This document shows, in pieces, positions 1-12,778 of a stretch of 64,000 nt of DNA; positions within the stretch are counted from its first letter, which is position 1; each line of letters begins with the position of its first letter. Both the position numbers and the translations under genes were made by a program. Under the pieces are notes generated by a model, which saw only the letters and a program-made list of their open reading frames with translations, made no database searches and had not been told where the DNA came from. The stretch lies in assembly GCF_039654945.1 (NCBI RefSeq), contig NW_027361688.1:1240001-1304000 (forward strand). The letters are read 5' to 3'. This stretch comes from Dendrobates tinctorius. Its lineage: Eukaryota.

Positions 1-639
1 GGTCTTGACAAGAAGAAGAAAAGAACGACTCCAGAGACGACGTCGTCTATAAGGTACCTGGATGTAAATATTATTTGTGATACTGACTTATTCTCATGTT
101 TTTATTTATGTTAGGAACATTAATGGGGTTGTTCAGGTTTGTGCTGAGTCTGCAGTCATTCTATGTTGGGATTCTCTCATGCTGATAATTTACATACATG
201 CGGTCACATGCTGACTAGACGTGTGGCTTCACTCAATGAAAATGAACGGAGCGAGGCCGGGCACGTCTAGTCGGAATGTGGCCAGAAGTATACAAATCAC
301 ATACTTGTGCTGACATGACTGTACATCGGCAAGGGACAATCCTAAAAGTGTGCAGTGCATTAGTTGTGAGAATTCAGAAGCTGCAATGTCAGGACTCAGC
401 TCTGCAGGTTCCAGTAGTCATCACATAGAAACTTCACTCATGTGCGATTTTCATAGTTATGGTCCTGTGACAACAAGCTTCTCTTCCTGCTTTCAGTTTT
501 TTACTGAACATTGAGAGCATTAGAGAGAGCAGCTCGTGGGTACATGGTGAAGTGTGCAAGTCGCATATGTACTTGGGGGGGTTGAGGGGCGCCAAACCAA
601 GTTTTTGCCCCGGGTGCCAGAAAGCCTAGATGTGCCTCC

Positions 640-1080
640 GGCACCACCCGCCCTGGTGAACCCAGGTAAGCGCTGGGGCCCTGGGCAAACGGGGAGTGGA
701 ACACGCAGGACGCAGCATAGGGTCTGTGAGTCGGGGGCCCCCCGGCACCAGCGCTGGCATCGGGGCCCCCTCTAATACTCACCTCTCCTCGTTCCGGCAG
801 CTGCAGGGTCTTCAGCGCTCTGACTCTGTGGCGTCTCAGGGCCAGAGAGTGCGATGACGTTATCACTGCGCGCTCAGCCTCTCTGTCCTGAGTGCTGCAG
901 AGCTTGGAGAGGCGCTAAGTGCACTGGACCTGCGGTGGAACGGGAGAGGTGAGGATTTTCTTTTTCTTTTTTTATTTATGCAGCATTACATGGGGCCTAA
1001 AATGCTGTATGGCGTAGCAGGGGCCCATAATATACTGTATGGAGGAGCAGTATATGTAGCCTGTGATATACTGTATGAAT
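640..1080. mobile_element. Non-autonomous repeat fragment (possibly hAT-like), related in inverted orientation to 23470-24060
   Basis: CAGCATAGGGTCTG..GAGTCGGGGG..CCAGCGCTGG..TAATACTCACCTCTCCTC matches the reverse complement of ~23910-24050; no transposase ORF; superfamily not established. Confidence 0.4.
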
Positions 1081-1084
1081 GAGC

Positions 1085-1279
1085 ATGAGGCAGGCCTTAG
1101 GGAGAGAGGGGCAGCCCTGTATGGAGCAGTATCTGCTAGGGGCTGCAGCGCTAAGAGGCCGCTGAAACAATCCTCTCACGGCGGCACCCTGGATTATTTC
1201 AGCAGCCTCTTAGCGCTGCAGCCCCTTGCAGATACTGCTCCATACAGCGCTGCCTCTCTCTCCCTAAGGCCTGCTTCAT
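1085..1279. repeat. Inverted repeat, ~88-bp arms with ~18-bp loop
   Basis: ATGAGGCAGGCCTTAGGGAGAGAG...CTGAAACAATCC pairs with GGATTATTTCAG...CTCTCTCCCTAAGGCCTGCTTCAT. Confidence 0.85.
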
Positions 1280-1425
1280 CCAGTCACACTGTATCCAGCC
1301 CCTTTGATAGACTCGCGCTCCAGTCATTAAAAAATAAACAGCATTATATGATTTCATTCCTGCCTTAGGATATCTTTTACCCTACTGTATCTCTTAGTCT
1401 ACTCTAAAGAAACAAAAAGACCTTT

Positions 1426-1459
1426 CTGATGAAGGTCCGTTGTTGGACTGAAAACGTTC
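1426..1459 (+). ncRNA. Minimal type I hammerhead ribozyme motif in a Penelope-like fragment (~1380-1540)
   Basis: CTGATGA-A-GGTCC(gttgtt)GGACT-GAAA-ACGT-TC: core, stem II and palindromic loop III present; stem I poorly paired. Confidence 0.5.
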
Positions 1460-1544
1460 ATATGATATGAGTCTATTTTTGTCTGGATGCACAATAAAGA
1501 TAAAATTGCTTCTCCGTTTTTGAGTGCCAAGTATTTTTGTATAT

Positions 1545-1850
1545 GTCATATTATTGAGTCACTATATGGTCTGATCATGGTGTGGCAGTATTTGTCCCTT
1601 GCATGTAGTATAATTTGGTCACCAAGCTGTCTGGTCATGGTGTGGCAGTATTTCTTTTCTGTATGTGGTATTATTCGGTCACCATGTGGTGGAATATGTA
1701 GTCTAGTTATAGTGTGGTGGTATTTCTCCTTGTATGTGGTATTTGGTCACTATGTGGTCTGGTCATGGTGTGGTGGAATTTCTTCCCTGCATGTGGTATT
1801 ATTGGTCTTGGTATAGTGGATTGTGTTGTGTATGGTGGTCATTTGTTCTC
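1545..1850. repeat. Degenerate minisatellite (TGTGGTATTATTTGGTCACTATGTGGTCTGG-like); inverted copies at 2830-3190 and 11765-12010
   Basis: Repeated motif visible; 1800-1850 is the reverse complement of ~2828-2878. Confidence 0.7.
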
Positions 1851-1895
1851 TCTAATAATTAAATACTTGGCACACAGCGGTAGAGATGCACTTAC

Positions 1896-2256
1896 AGGGG
1901 TTTTCCTGTGAAAAAAGTAATCACCGCCACAGGATAAGTGATAACGTATTGATCGGTGGGGGTCTGACTACTTGGACCCATTCAGCAAAATGTGGAACTT
2001 TTTATCCCCATTAGACTGGAGTGGCATGTACAATTTGATCACTGATCCATTCATTCCCTCCGTGGCTGCACTTGAATGGAGCTGCGGTCAGACATCCCAA
2101 CAGCGGCTCCATTTTAAAATGGGGATAAGTGTCTTATCAACGATAAAACTTCCTCGTTCTTCCAGTCGGTGCAGTTTCTAATGATCGGACCTAAGTGATC
2201 ACTTATCCTGTGGAGCCCATGGATCGGTGATAACTTGTTTTAACCAAAGAACCCCA
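1896..2256. mobile_element. Degenerate T2/Kolobok-type MITE
   Basis: AGGGGTTTTCC ... AGAACCCCA-TTAA termini with subterminal GGATAAGTGAT/ATCACTTATCC; related inverted copy at ~7365-7650 plus 11013-11066. Confidence 0.5.
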
Positions 2257-2496
2257 TTAATGTAAACTATTGTAATTATACATCCCAGTTATGGGGGCGC
2301 ACAGTAGATATGCAGGAGCTGCCTGTGTGTTACAGTCGACGCTCCACTATAATGGGGATAACGACTGACAGATATTTGCATATAGCTGTATGGTGGGCCC
2401 CTAGAGTCCATTCCCCTGGTGGGCTCCAGACACCCCAATCTGACCCTATAAGAGTTCACATTATGCAGATCGGTGCAGTTCCCAATCTATAACTTT

Positions 2497-2678
2497 GGCC
2501 ACGTTCACACTGTCAGTATTTTACATCAGTATTTGTAAGGCAAAACCAGGAGTGGAACAATCAGAGGAAAAGTATTTAGAGATAGGTCACCACATCTGTG
2601 TTTATTACCACCCCTGGTTTTGGATCACAAATACTTAGACAAAACACTGACCAAACACTGAATGTACTGAACATGGCC
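2497..2678. mobile_element. PIF/Harbinger-type MITE (second copy 11067-11261)
   Basis: TIRs GGCCACGTTCA / TGAACATGGCC followed by TTA. Confidence 0.65.
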
Positions 2679-3722
2679 TTAGGCTAGGTGATTACTTGTT
2701 TACACCGCAGAACCATTGTAGGTGCATATTTGCTACTGTATAATAGTTACAGGACAGGGAGGGGTTAAACATTCAAGTATTTAATCTCTATTGGAAATCA
2801 AGAATCTTCCCCTTATAGATAGCAGATAGAACAAATGACCTCCATATACAACACAATCCACTATACCAACACCAATAATACCACATAGATGGAACAAATA
2901 CCACCACACCACGAACAGGTCAAATATTACCACCACATAGTGACCAAATAATATCTAATATCACATACAGGGGACAAATACCGCCACACCATGACCGGAC
3001 CACAAAGTGACCAAATAATGCCACATACAGGAAACATGTTACCACAACCAGATCACATATTATCACTTCATAGTGACTGAATAATACCACATACAGGTGG
3101 TTAATACATTCACACCATAACCAGACCACATAGTGACCAAATACTACCACATACAAGAGAAATGCCCCCAGATCATATACTACCACATAGTAAGGGTACG
3201 ACAATAGTGATCATTAAAGTGCACCAGTCAGCAGTTTTGGCCAGTCTAAAATACGGCCACTGCCTTTCAGGGCTTATCTACAATCATTGTATAGCCCCCG
3301 ATCTGACCTGAAAAATAAGTTTTTATTCTACTCACCTGGGGGCGGTCCGATCCAATGGGTGTCGCAGGTCCGGCGCCTCCCATCTCCTTGCGCTGCCACC
3401 CTCTTGCATGCTTCACAGGCTCCCCGGCATTGCGCTCCTTTGCAGGAGTACTTATCTGTTGAGGGCAGAGCAAATTCCTGCAGTGAGCTGGCGCTGGCCC
3501 TCTCTGACCTTTCCTGGCACCTGCGCACTGCAGTGCTTTGCTCTGAGTATAATAAAACTTATTTTTCTTACCTTTTCAGGAATCGTGGCATGTGTTAAAG
3601 GGGCCCACTGATACTTTCGCCTGAGGCCCACGAGAACCTGGAGCCAACCCTGACGAGAATGCACATCAAGATGAATATAGGCTGCGGCTGTCGGCTGTGA
3701 CAGGGCGCTCTACTTTGTGACA

Positions 3723-4985
3723 GGCCATTTTAACGACCACGCCGAATATGAAGCCGCAAGAGGACGCCAGGGAGCTCAAGAAGGTGAGGAGAATTCCCCC
3801 CCCCCACTCTGTAATTGGGCAAAGTAATGGCCATAGGGGCAGACATAGGGACCCAGGGATGGAACATTATTAAAGTGGAAATAGGGGCCTAGGATGGGGA
3901 CATTATTACTGGAAGGGGCCCAGGATAGGGACCTTATTAAAGTGGACATTGGGGACATTAAATAAAAGGACCCAGGATCTGGCACCTTATTAAATAGAGT
4001 GACCTAATTACTGTATGGAGGTCGGGAACATACATTATTGGTTTATGGTGGCAAGTGGGGACATATTTACTGTAGGAGGCAATCAGGGGACATTATTACT
4101 GCTGTAATTTAATTTACTTTTGAGGTTACTGTCTTCCATGGGGGAGAACAAAAGGGGTCCTGCTACTGTGCAGGGCGGCACCATGTCTTTTTTTTTTTTT
4201 TTTCCTTCATCTAATAGACAAAACAAGGGAGACACAATGTGCAATAGGGTCTTATCCGATAGTAAGTTAGCACTTTTTAAGTAGGAATCTGCTCACCTGG
4301 TATTAGGTGGTTAAAGCACATGTAGGAAAGGCTGCCGCAGATCCACAGGTCGGTCAACGACCCGACAATACCATACACTGAAGAGAAGATGTGGATTCCA
4401 GTCCCCGCTGCCCAAATAATAGACTTTCAAGACGTAGTAACAGTTAAGAAGTGGTTTAATCGACGCGCTTCAGGGTGAATACAACCCCTTCTTCTGGAAA
4501 ATACCACATATAGCTTCTATAGGAAGGGGTGGTATTAACCCTGAAACGCGTTGATTAAACCATTGCTTTACTGTTACTACTTCTTGGAAATCTATTATTT
4601 GGGCAGTGCGGACTAGAATCTACATTTTTTCCTGCATCTGACATATTGTAGAAGTTGGGGAATGTGCTCGGGAAGCGATCAGCTATAGATAACTGTTATT
4701 TTCTGCAATGAAGAGTCCTGGCTGGAAGAAGTGATGGTGGTCTGCACTGGGTGAAGATAAAAGACTTCAACTACAGACTTCACCGGTGAGTCAGTGTGTT
4801 ACTTGTACACTTACACTATATACTGTGTACAAAGCTCCAGTGTATAATGTCAATGGTGGTAATATTAGTGTTATTAGTATTGTGGTTTTTATTAAAGGGA
4901 AACGGTCACCAGATTTGGCCGATATAAGATGTGGCCTCAGCCTTTCAGGGCTTATCTACAGCATTCTATAATGCTGTAGATAAAA
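3723..4985. repeat. Dispersed repeat, inverted paralog of ~20365-21180
   Basis: Colinear reverse-complement similarity, e.g. GCCATTTTAACGACCACGCCGAATATGAAGCC and GAAGAAGTGATGG..TCTGCACTGGGTGAAGATAAAAGACTTCAACTACAGAC. Confidence 0.75.
4213..4624 (-). mobile_element. Penelope-like retroelement fragment with inverted segment and degenerate hammerhead motifs
   Basis: Fold-back ~4385-4495 / 4520-4630; AAGGGG..CCCTGAAACGCGTT motif; flanked by TTTCCT(T/G)CATCT duplication; absent from the paralog at ~20760-20775. Confidence 0.65.
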
Positions 4986-5810
4986 AATACAGGTATAGTA
5001 CAATATATGTGCACCACATAGTCCTCCATATAGTTGTAAAATATTTATTCCAGCTCACTCAGTTGCTCTATGCTCATCCACCTGGGGCTCAGACACCGGC
5101 CTCGCCCTGGCCTCACATCAAGGATAATAGAAAAAATTAGAGTCTGGTCCAACAGGACTGGATTTTCGTTTTATTATTTTTCAAAAGAAATTATATTGCA
5201 TACGAAAGAAAAAAGTACATGGTCGACACGACCCAGTCAACGTGTTTTGACTGCACCAAGCAGTCTTACTCCCCCGACTCACGGACATCATGCTGTGAAG
5301 TAGCACTATATAGAAGCATACAACACAATGTGGGATGTGTACAGTATATATTTGGATATCTCCCCCCATATACGCAACATGGGATGTGAGGATGGTGCAG
5401 TAACATAGTCAAACTGCAGTGCACTAGTGCAGCCACCAGGATCGGCATCTGCCCACATTACCCATCTAATGCACGGTGCCCATCACAGGTCACAAATATG
5501 AACGTGTGGTCACCTTACAGCAGGTTAATTACTCAGCACCTCGCACTACAGAAGGTTGGGGGGAGAGGAGAGTGTAAGACCTGATACTGGATCAGTAAGT
5601 GCCAGTAACAGCAGGTTATAAACCACCATCAGTCCCACTGTGCCAACCCAATAGTGACAGGAGTTTACTCACTGCATAAACCAACTACCGCATATCCCTT
5701 GTACACCGTGATGTTGTACAGATTATATGGCCAAGATTCTGCATATATCAGATCATCACACCAGAGATCAGCAGCGTCAGCTCTTGTGGTGACTGTGTGG
5801 GTGACTCTTA

Positions 5811-6159
5811 AGGGGGTTTTACACATGGCGATATCGCTAAAGCATCACCGATTTGGTGACGCAGCAGCGATATCGCTATGTGTGATACTTGCCTCCGACC
5901 GGCTCCCCCGCTGTCTGTCGTTGATCGCGCAGCTCCATTTCTCGTCGGGCGCTTCCTGTGGCGCCGCCGAGCGACGTGTGGACGCGGGCGGGAGGACGTC
6001 AGGATCGCCGCGTCTGAAAGGTAAGTATCGTCCGCTGTATCGCTGTGAGATCTTCCTGTGTGGAAGCTCACTAGCGATCATTTAGTGATTCACCAGCGAT
6101 CCTGACCGGGTCGTATCGTGGTCGGGATCGCTGGTGCATCGCTAAATGTAAAAGGGCCT
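5811..6159. mobile_element. PIF/Harbinger-type MITE (same family as 11265-11617)
   Basis: TTA target duplication at 5808-5810 and 6160-6162; imperfect TIRs AGGGGGTTTTACA / TGTAAAAGGGCCT. Confidence 0.75.
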
Positions 6160-6458
6160 TTACAGGATCAGCGGTGCTCACTTACTCTTCTTGCCAAAAT
6201 GAAAGATCCATTCTCTCTCCTTTTGTAGAATGGATCTATTGTCACCCTTTCTAATCTTGGACCAGGATGACCTCAACCACACAAAACTGTCTTTATTGGC
6301 ACTATGGTGATTCTCACTTCTGTGCTATTGGGGAGTGATCACAGCATCTATTACTAAACATCTGTTCAAAATGTTTTATTCAATGCAATCACATATTCCC
6401 CAGTTACAAAAGTGGAACAAAGACACGTAGCCACAGCTCTGATGTAGAGGGGGTGGGT

Positions 6459-6474
6459 GGCTCTTAGAAGAGCC
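6459..6474 (-). terminator. Histone 3' stem-loop of H2B pseudogene
   Basis: Minus strand GGCTCTTCTAAGAGCC-ACCCA followed by CAGAGCTGTG. Confidence 0.9.
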
Positions 6475-6505
6475 TTCGGGTTGTGGGTGCAGAGCACAGA
6501 GCAGA

Positions 6506-6860
<355 letters not shown>

Positions 6861-6898
6861 GCGCTGCCACCGATCCAATATCATCCACACAACCCAAA

Positions 6899-6914
6899 GG
6901 CTCTTCTAAGAGCC
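6899..6914 (+). terminator. Histone 3' stem-loop of H2A pseudogene
   Basis: AAA-GGCTCTTCTAAGAGCC-ACCCA, HDE-like ACAAGAGCTG downstream. Confidence 0.9.
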
Positions 6915-7669
6915 ACCCACACCGTCCCCCACAAGAGCTGACGCCGCTGATCTTGTGTGATCTGTGTACTGATCTGTCATGTATACCACCTTATAGTGCT
7001 GTTCACAAACATTGCTATATAGCATCATATCGTGCTGTAAATTCTCCTTATACTGCTGTATACCCACCATATATGAACATCCATTTAATGTTGTGCATGT
7101 CTATATAGTGCTGCATACTGCTATAAAGTAAATGATACCCTTCATCCATCTAGTGCTATGTAGTCCCCATATAGTGCTGTATACAGGGCTGGGGTATCTG
7201 GGCCCCACAGGGGGAATTGACTCTAGGGGCCACCCTACAGCTGTATGCAAATAACTTGGCCATTATCCCTGATATAGTGGAGCGTCGACTGTAAAACACA
7301 GGCGGCTCCTGCACATCTACTTTGCGCCACCATAACTGGGATGTATAATTACGGTAGTTTGCATTAAACGATGCTATCCATTGTTAAGGAGGTGATAACT
7401 TAATGATCGGTGGAATCCGACCACTAGAAACCGCAACAATCCGAAGAATGGGGAACTTTTATCCATGAAAGGACACTTTTAGCGCCATTTTAAAATGAAG
7501 TGGCAGATGGGATGTCTGATCGCAGCTCCATTCATCCTCTTTGCGGGTTCCAGAAAAAGTCAAGTGCAGCCCCTTAAGGAATGAACAGATCCGTGCTCAA
7601 GTCGTACATGCCGCTCCATACTAATGGGAATAAGAGTTCACATTCTGCATTCTTATTAATATTACTTGC

Positions 7670-10600
7670 ACTCCCTCATCTCCAGCTTTTAATTGTTCTT
7701 TGGAATCCACGGTCTGTTTGTAACAAGCTTCCTTTCCTGCACAACTACTTTCTGAACAACTCTCAATCTGTTGGCCCTCACTGAAACCTGGATTCAGGAT
7801 TCTGACACTGTCTCTCCTGCTGCCATTTCCTATGGTGGCTTACAATTCTCTCATTCCCCGAGACCCACAAACAGACATGGTGGTGGAGTCGGCATACTCC
7901 TGTCCCCACAATGCACTTTCCAGGTCATCCCCCAGTTCAATGACTCTCATTCCCTTCTTTTGAGGTTCACACCATCAGGCTCTTCCGTCCCCTCTCCATC
8001 AGAGTAGCGGTCATATACCGGCCACCAAGCTCACCCACTTCCTTGACCACTTTTCTGCCTGGCTGCCGCACTTCATGTCCTCAGAACTACCAACTCATCC
8101 TGGGAGACTTCAACAACCCCATTAACAGCCCTACTTCCACATCTGCATCCCAGCTTCTGTCACTAACCACCTCTCTAGGCCTCTCGTAGCTCTCTGCCTC
8201 TGAGACACACAAGGACGATAACACCCTTGATCTGGTCTTTGTCCGGCTCTGTTCAATCTCCCACCTAAATAACTCACCGCTTCCACTCTCTGACCACAAC
8301 ATACTCTCCTTCAAGCTCACAAATCCTCGCCCACCCCAGTTCACTCCTAACTACCACACAATCAGAAATCTACAAGCCATTAACCCTAAGACACTTTCAG
8401 ACTCCCTACACTCATCACTGTTCCCAATCTCCTCTCTAACTTCTCCAGCGATGCTCTAGGAGTGCTGAACGCCTATGGGGAAAAACCCGCACACCAGAAG
8501 ACTTCATCCACTTCAAATTCATGTTAAGAACCTATAACGCTGCCTTTCACCTCGCCAAACAGACCTACTTCACCACCCTGATCTCACTAGCCAACAAGCC
8601 CAAGAAACTCTTTGATACCTTTCACTCCCTACTCAGGCCAAAAGCACAAGCCCCTATCACAGACATTTGTGCTGATGACCTGGCCTCCCACTTTACAGAA
8701 AAAATAGATAATATCCGTCAGGAAATCTGCTCCCAACCACCAAGTGCTGTGACTCCCATCCCTTCCTGCATCTCCCCTGGCTCACTTTCCACATTTGATC
8801 CCATCACAGAAGAAGTCTCAAGACTCCTCTCTTCCTCTCGTCTGACCTCATGCACTACAGACCCATTCCCTCACATCTCCTCCAGTCGTCACAACTCGCC
8901 TAACTGCAATCTTTAATCTCTCCCTCCCCCCGGGCATTTTCCCATCCTTCAAACAAGCCATCGTTACTCCATTACTAAAGAAACCCACTCTCGACCCATC
9001 CTGCACAACTACAGACCAGTCTCCAATCTCCCCTTCATCTCTAACCTTTTGGAGCGCCTAGTTTACTCCTGCCTTACCCGTTACCTCCACTCACTCACAT
9101 CTAGACCCTTCACAGTCCGGCTTCCGCCCCCTACATTCGACTGAAACTGCACTCATCAAAGTAACCAATGACCTTCTGACAGCAAAACGTAACGGTGACC
9201 ACACTCTGCTCATTCTTCTTGACCTATCTGCAGCTTTTGATGCTTTTGAACACCGTCTCCTACTCTCTAGGCTCCAGTCACTAGGCATTAAAGGGAATCT
9301 GTCACCCCTTTTTTGAGATATGATATCATTCAATTGTGTCACATAAGGAGTCTCTTAGTACTTTTGCTTCCCCCTGACCCCGCACCTTTCATGCATAAAT
9401 ACCTTTTTTATATCGGTTCAGATGTATGTAAACTGCTGCTGGGCGGGGCTTATTCAACTGCCCCCCCCCCTCCCTGTCTTGCTCTACACAAGAAGAAATG
9501 CGTAGAGCAAGACAGGGAGGGGGGAGCAGGTGATTAAGCCCCGCCCAGTGGCTCGGACAGTGGCAGTTTACATACATCTGAACCGATATAAAAAAGGTAT
9601 TTATGCATGAAAGGTGCGGGGTCAGGGAGAAGCAAAATTACTAAGAGAATCCCTATGTGACACACAATTGAATGATATTATTATATGACATCTCAAAAAA
9701 GGGGTGACAGATTCCCTTTAAGGACACTGCTCTCTCCTGGTTCTTTCTATCTTTCTGACCGCTCCCTCAGTGTTTTGTTCTCTTCCTCCCGCTGTCTGGG
9801 TACCTCAGTGCTCAGTCCTTGGCCCCCTTCTTTTCTCTCTCTACACGGCCCCAATTGGACAGACCATCAGCAGATTTGGCTTTCAGTACCATCTTTATGC
9901 TGATGACACACAACTATACACGTCATCCCCCGACCTTACCTCCACGATACTACAGAACGCCAGTGACTGTCCGCAGTCTCCAACATCATGTCTGCTCTCT
10001 ATCTGAAACTCAACCTCTCCAAAACTGAACTTCTTTTGCTCCCGCCGTCTACTAACCTTCCTAAATGTGACATTTCCCTCTCCGTGAGTGGCACTATAAT
10101 AACACCCCGGCTTCAGGCGCACTGTCTGGGTGTTATGTTTGACACCAACCTCTCCTTCACATCCCATATGCAATCTCTTGCCCGCTCTTGTCGCTTACAC
10201 CTAAAGAACATCTCTAGAATCTGCTCTTTTCTCACCATGGAAACAAAAAAAAAACCTTCACTGTAGCATTGATCCACTCCCGCCTGGATTACTGCAACGC
10301 TCTATTAATTGACCTCCCCATTACTCAACTCTCCCCTCTCCAGTCCATACTTAATGCAGCAGCCAGGGTCGTCCATCTGGCTAATCGGTACTTGGACGCA
10401 TCTGCTCTTCGCCAATCGTTACACTGGCTGCCCATTCATTATAGGATCCAATTCAAAGTACTTGTTCTCACCCACAAAGCTCTCTACAGTGCAGCACCCC
10501 CCTACATCTCCTCCCTCATTTCTGTCTTATCGGCCTAACCGACTGCTGCGCTCTGCAAACGACTTTCGACTGCACTAATCCGTACCTCCCACTCCCGACT

Positions 10601-11012
10601 AAGATTTCTCCCACGCTGCGCCAATCCTCAGGAATGCTCTACCCCAAGGAATTGGGACTATCCACAATTTGCATAGTTTTAGGCGCTCCCTCAAAACACA
10701 TTTGTTCAGAGCGGCCCATCACGTTCACTGATCAAAATCATTCTATGTGTAAGTGTGTGTGTAGCCCATTCACTATCTCCATCCATCCCTCACTCCCTCA
10801 AGATGGCTGGACCATTATTGTAAATACACCATTGTAAATACACACCTGTACTTTGTATCTCCCCCACCTCATTGTAGATTGTAAGCTCTCGAGCAGGGTC
10901 GTCTTATTTTGCTATAATTATTGTATTGTTAATGTTGTTACTTATGACTTTTGTTTTGAAACTGTAAAGCGCTGCGGAATATGTTGGCGCTATATAAATA
11001 AAGATTATTATT
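7670..11012 (+). mobile_element. Degenerate L2-clade LINE ORF2 (APE endonuclease + RT), many frameshifts
   Basis: Fragments LWNPRSVCNK, LTETW, HGGGVGILL, [11 protein letters not shown], [18 protein letters not shown]; 3' tail ATAAATAAAGATTATTATTA; homologous to 57548-60780. Confidence 0.9.
9292..9717. mobile_element. T2/Kolobok-type fold-back MITE inserted in L2
   Basis: TTAA duplication 9288-9291 / 9718-9721; TIR AGGGAATCTGTCACCCCTTTTTTGAGAT; almost entirely palindromic. Confidence 0.9.
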
Positions 11013-11264
11013 AGGTTGGTCTGACTGCTGGGACTTGCGCCGATCTATAACTTATCACTTATCCTGTGGCCACGTTCACACGGTCAGTATTTGGTCAGTA
11101 TTTTACATCAGTATTTGTGAGGCAAAAGTAGGAGTGGAACAATCAGAGGAAAAGTATTATAGAGTGAGGTCACCACTTCTGTATTTATTACCCACCCCTG
11201 GTTTTGGATCACAAATACTTAGACAAAATACTGACCCAACACTAAATTTATGAACATGGCCTTA

Positions 11265-11617
11265 AGGGCCTGTTACACATAGCGATATCGCTAGCGCGTC
11301 ACCAATTTTGTGACGCAGCAGCGATATCGCTACATGTGACACTCACCTCCGACCCCCCCTGCTGGCTATAGCTGATCGTGCGAGATCGGCCTGGTCCATT
11401 TCTCGTCGTCTGCTTCCTGCCGACGAGCGAGCCATGGACGCAGGCGGAAGACGTCACCTTCGCCGCGTCTGACAGTTGAGTAACGACCGCCGAGCATCGC
11501 TAGTGAGATCTGCCTGTTTGGCAGCTCATTAGCGACCATTTAGCGATGCACCAGCGATCCTGACTGGGTCATATCGTGGTTGGGATCGCTGGTGCATCGC
11601 TAAATGTAACGGGGCCA
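11265..11617. mobile_element. PIF/Harbinger-type MITE
   Basis: TTA duplication; the paralog at 2673-2688 shows the empty site ATGGCC-TTA-GGCTAGG. Confidence 0.85.
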
Positions 11618-12152
11618 TTAGGCTAGGTGATCACTTGTTTACACCGCAGAACCACTGTACGTGCATATTTGCTACTGTATAATAATCACAGGACAGGGAG
11701 GGGTTAAACATTCAAGTATTTAATCTGTATTGGAAATCAAGAATCTTCCCCCTTATAGATAGCAGAGAGAACAAGTGACCTCCATACACAACCACAATCC
11801 ACTATACCAACACCAATAATACCACATGCAAGGAACAAATACCTCCACAACCAGACCACATATTACCAACACATAGTGACTGAATAATCCAACATACAGG
11901 TGGTTAATACATTCACATCATAACCAGACCACATGGTGACCAAATACTACTACATACAAGAGAAATACTACCAGATCACATACTACCACCATATAGTAAG
12001 AGTACTACAATACTGATCATTAAAGTGCACCAGTCAGCAGTTTTGGCCGATATAAAATACGGCCACTGCCTTTCAGGGCTTATCTGCAATCATTGTACAC
12101 TGCTCAAAAAAATAAAGGGAACACTTAACCAACAGACTATAACTCCAAGTTA

Positions 12153-12321
12153 GGCCTCTTTCACACATCAGTATTTCATCAGTATTTGTATGACAAAACC
12201 AGGAGTGTCTCCAAAACAAAGAACAGACATCAGTCTTTCAATTATATTTTTTTCTTGGTAAGTTCCATTCCTGGCTTTGGCATACAAACACTGTTGCAAA
12301 ATACTGACGTGTGAATGAGCC
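12153..12321. mobile_element. PIF/Harbinger-type MITE nested in Tc1
   Basis: TTA-GGCCTCTTTCACAC ... GTGTGAATGAGCC-TTA. Confidence 0.75.
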
Positions 12322-12358
12322 TTAAATCAAACTTCTGTGAAATCAAACTGTCCACTTA

Positions 12359-12778
12359 GGCCTCCGCCAGGTTTTGAAAAAAAACGGATCCGCCATTTTT
12401 TTTTGCGGATCCGTTTTTTTCCCCATTGAGTTGCATTCTGGCGGATCTTGACGGATGGCCATCCGTTGGATCCGTTTTTGTGAGGATCCGCCAAATTTAT
12501 TTCATCCGCCTGCATGCCTGGACGGACCTTGCAACTTTTTTTTGTTGTTTCCATTGCGCATGCTCGGAGAAAGGAAGTCGCGGAGAAAATTAACCCTGAA
12601 ATCCTTTCTGGCGGACGAAAAAAATTCTCTCTCTCCCCCCCCCCCTTCCCCCCAGCGGTTCCTTTAACATTCTTCATTCTGCGGATCCGTCAAAGTAAGG
12701 ATCCTGTGCCATCCGTTCACATCAGTTACGAACGGATCCGCTTTTCCGCGGCTTTTAACTGAAAGTGTGAAAGAGGCC
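12359..12778. mobile_element. PIF/Harbinger-type MITE nested in Tc1
   Basis: TTA-GGCCTC ... GTGTGAAAGAGGCC-TTA with internal CGGATCCG repeats. Confidence 0.7.
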
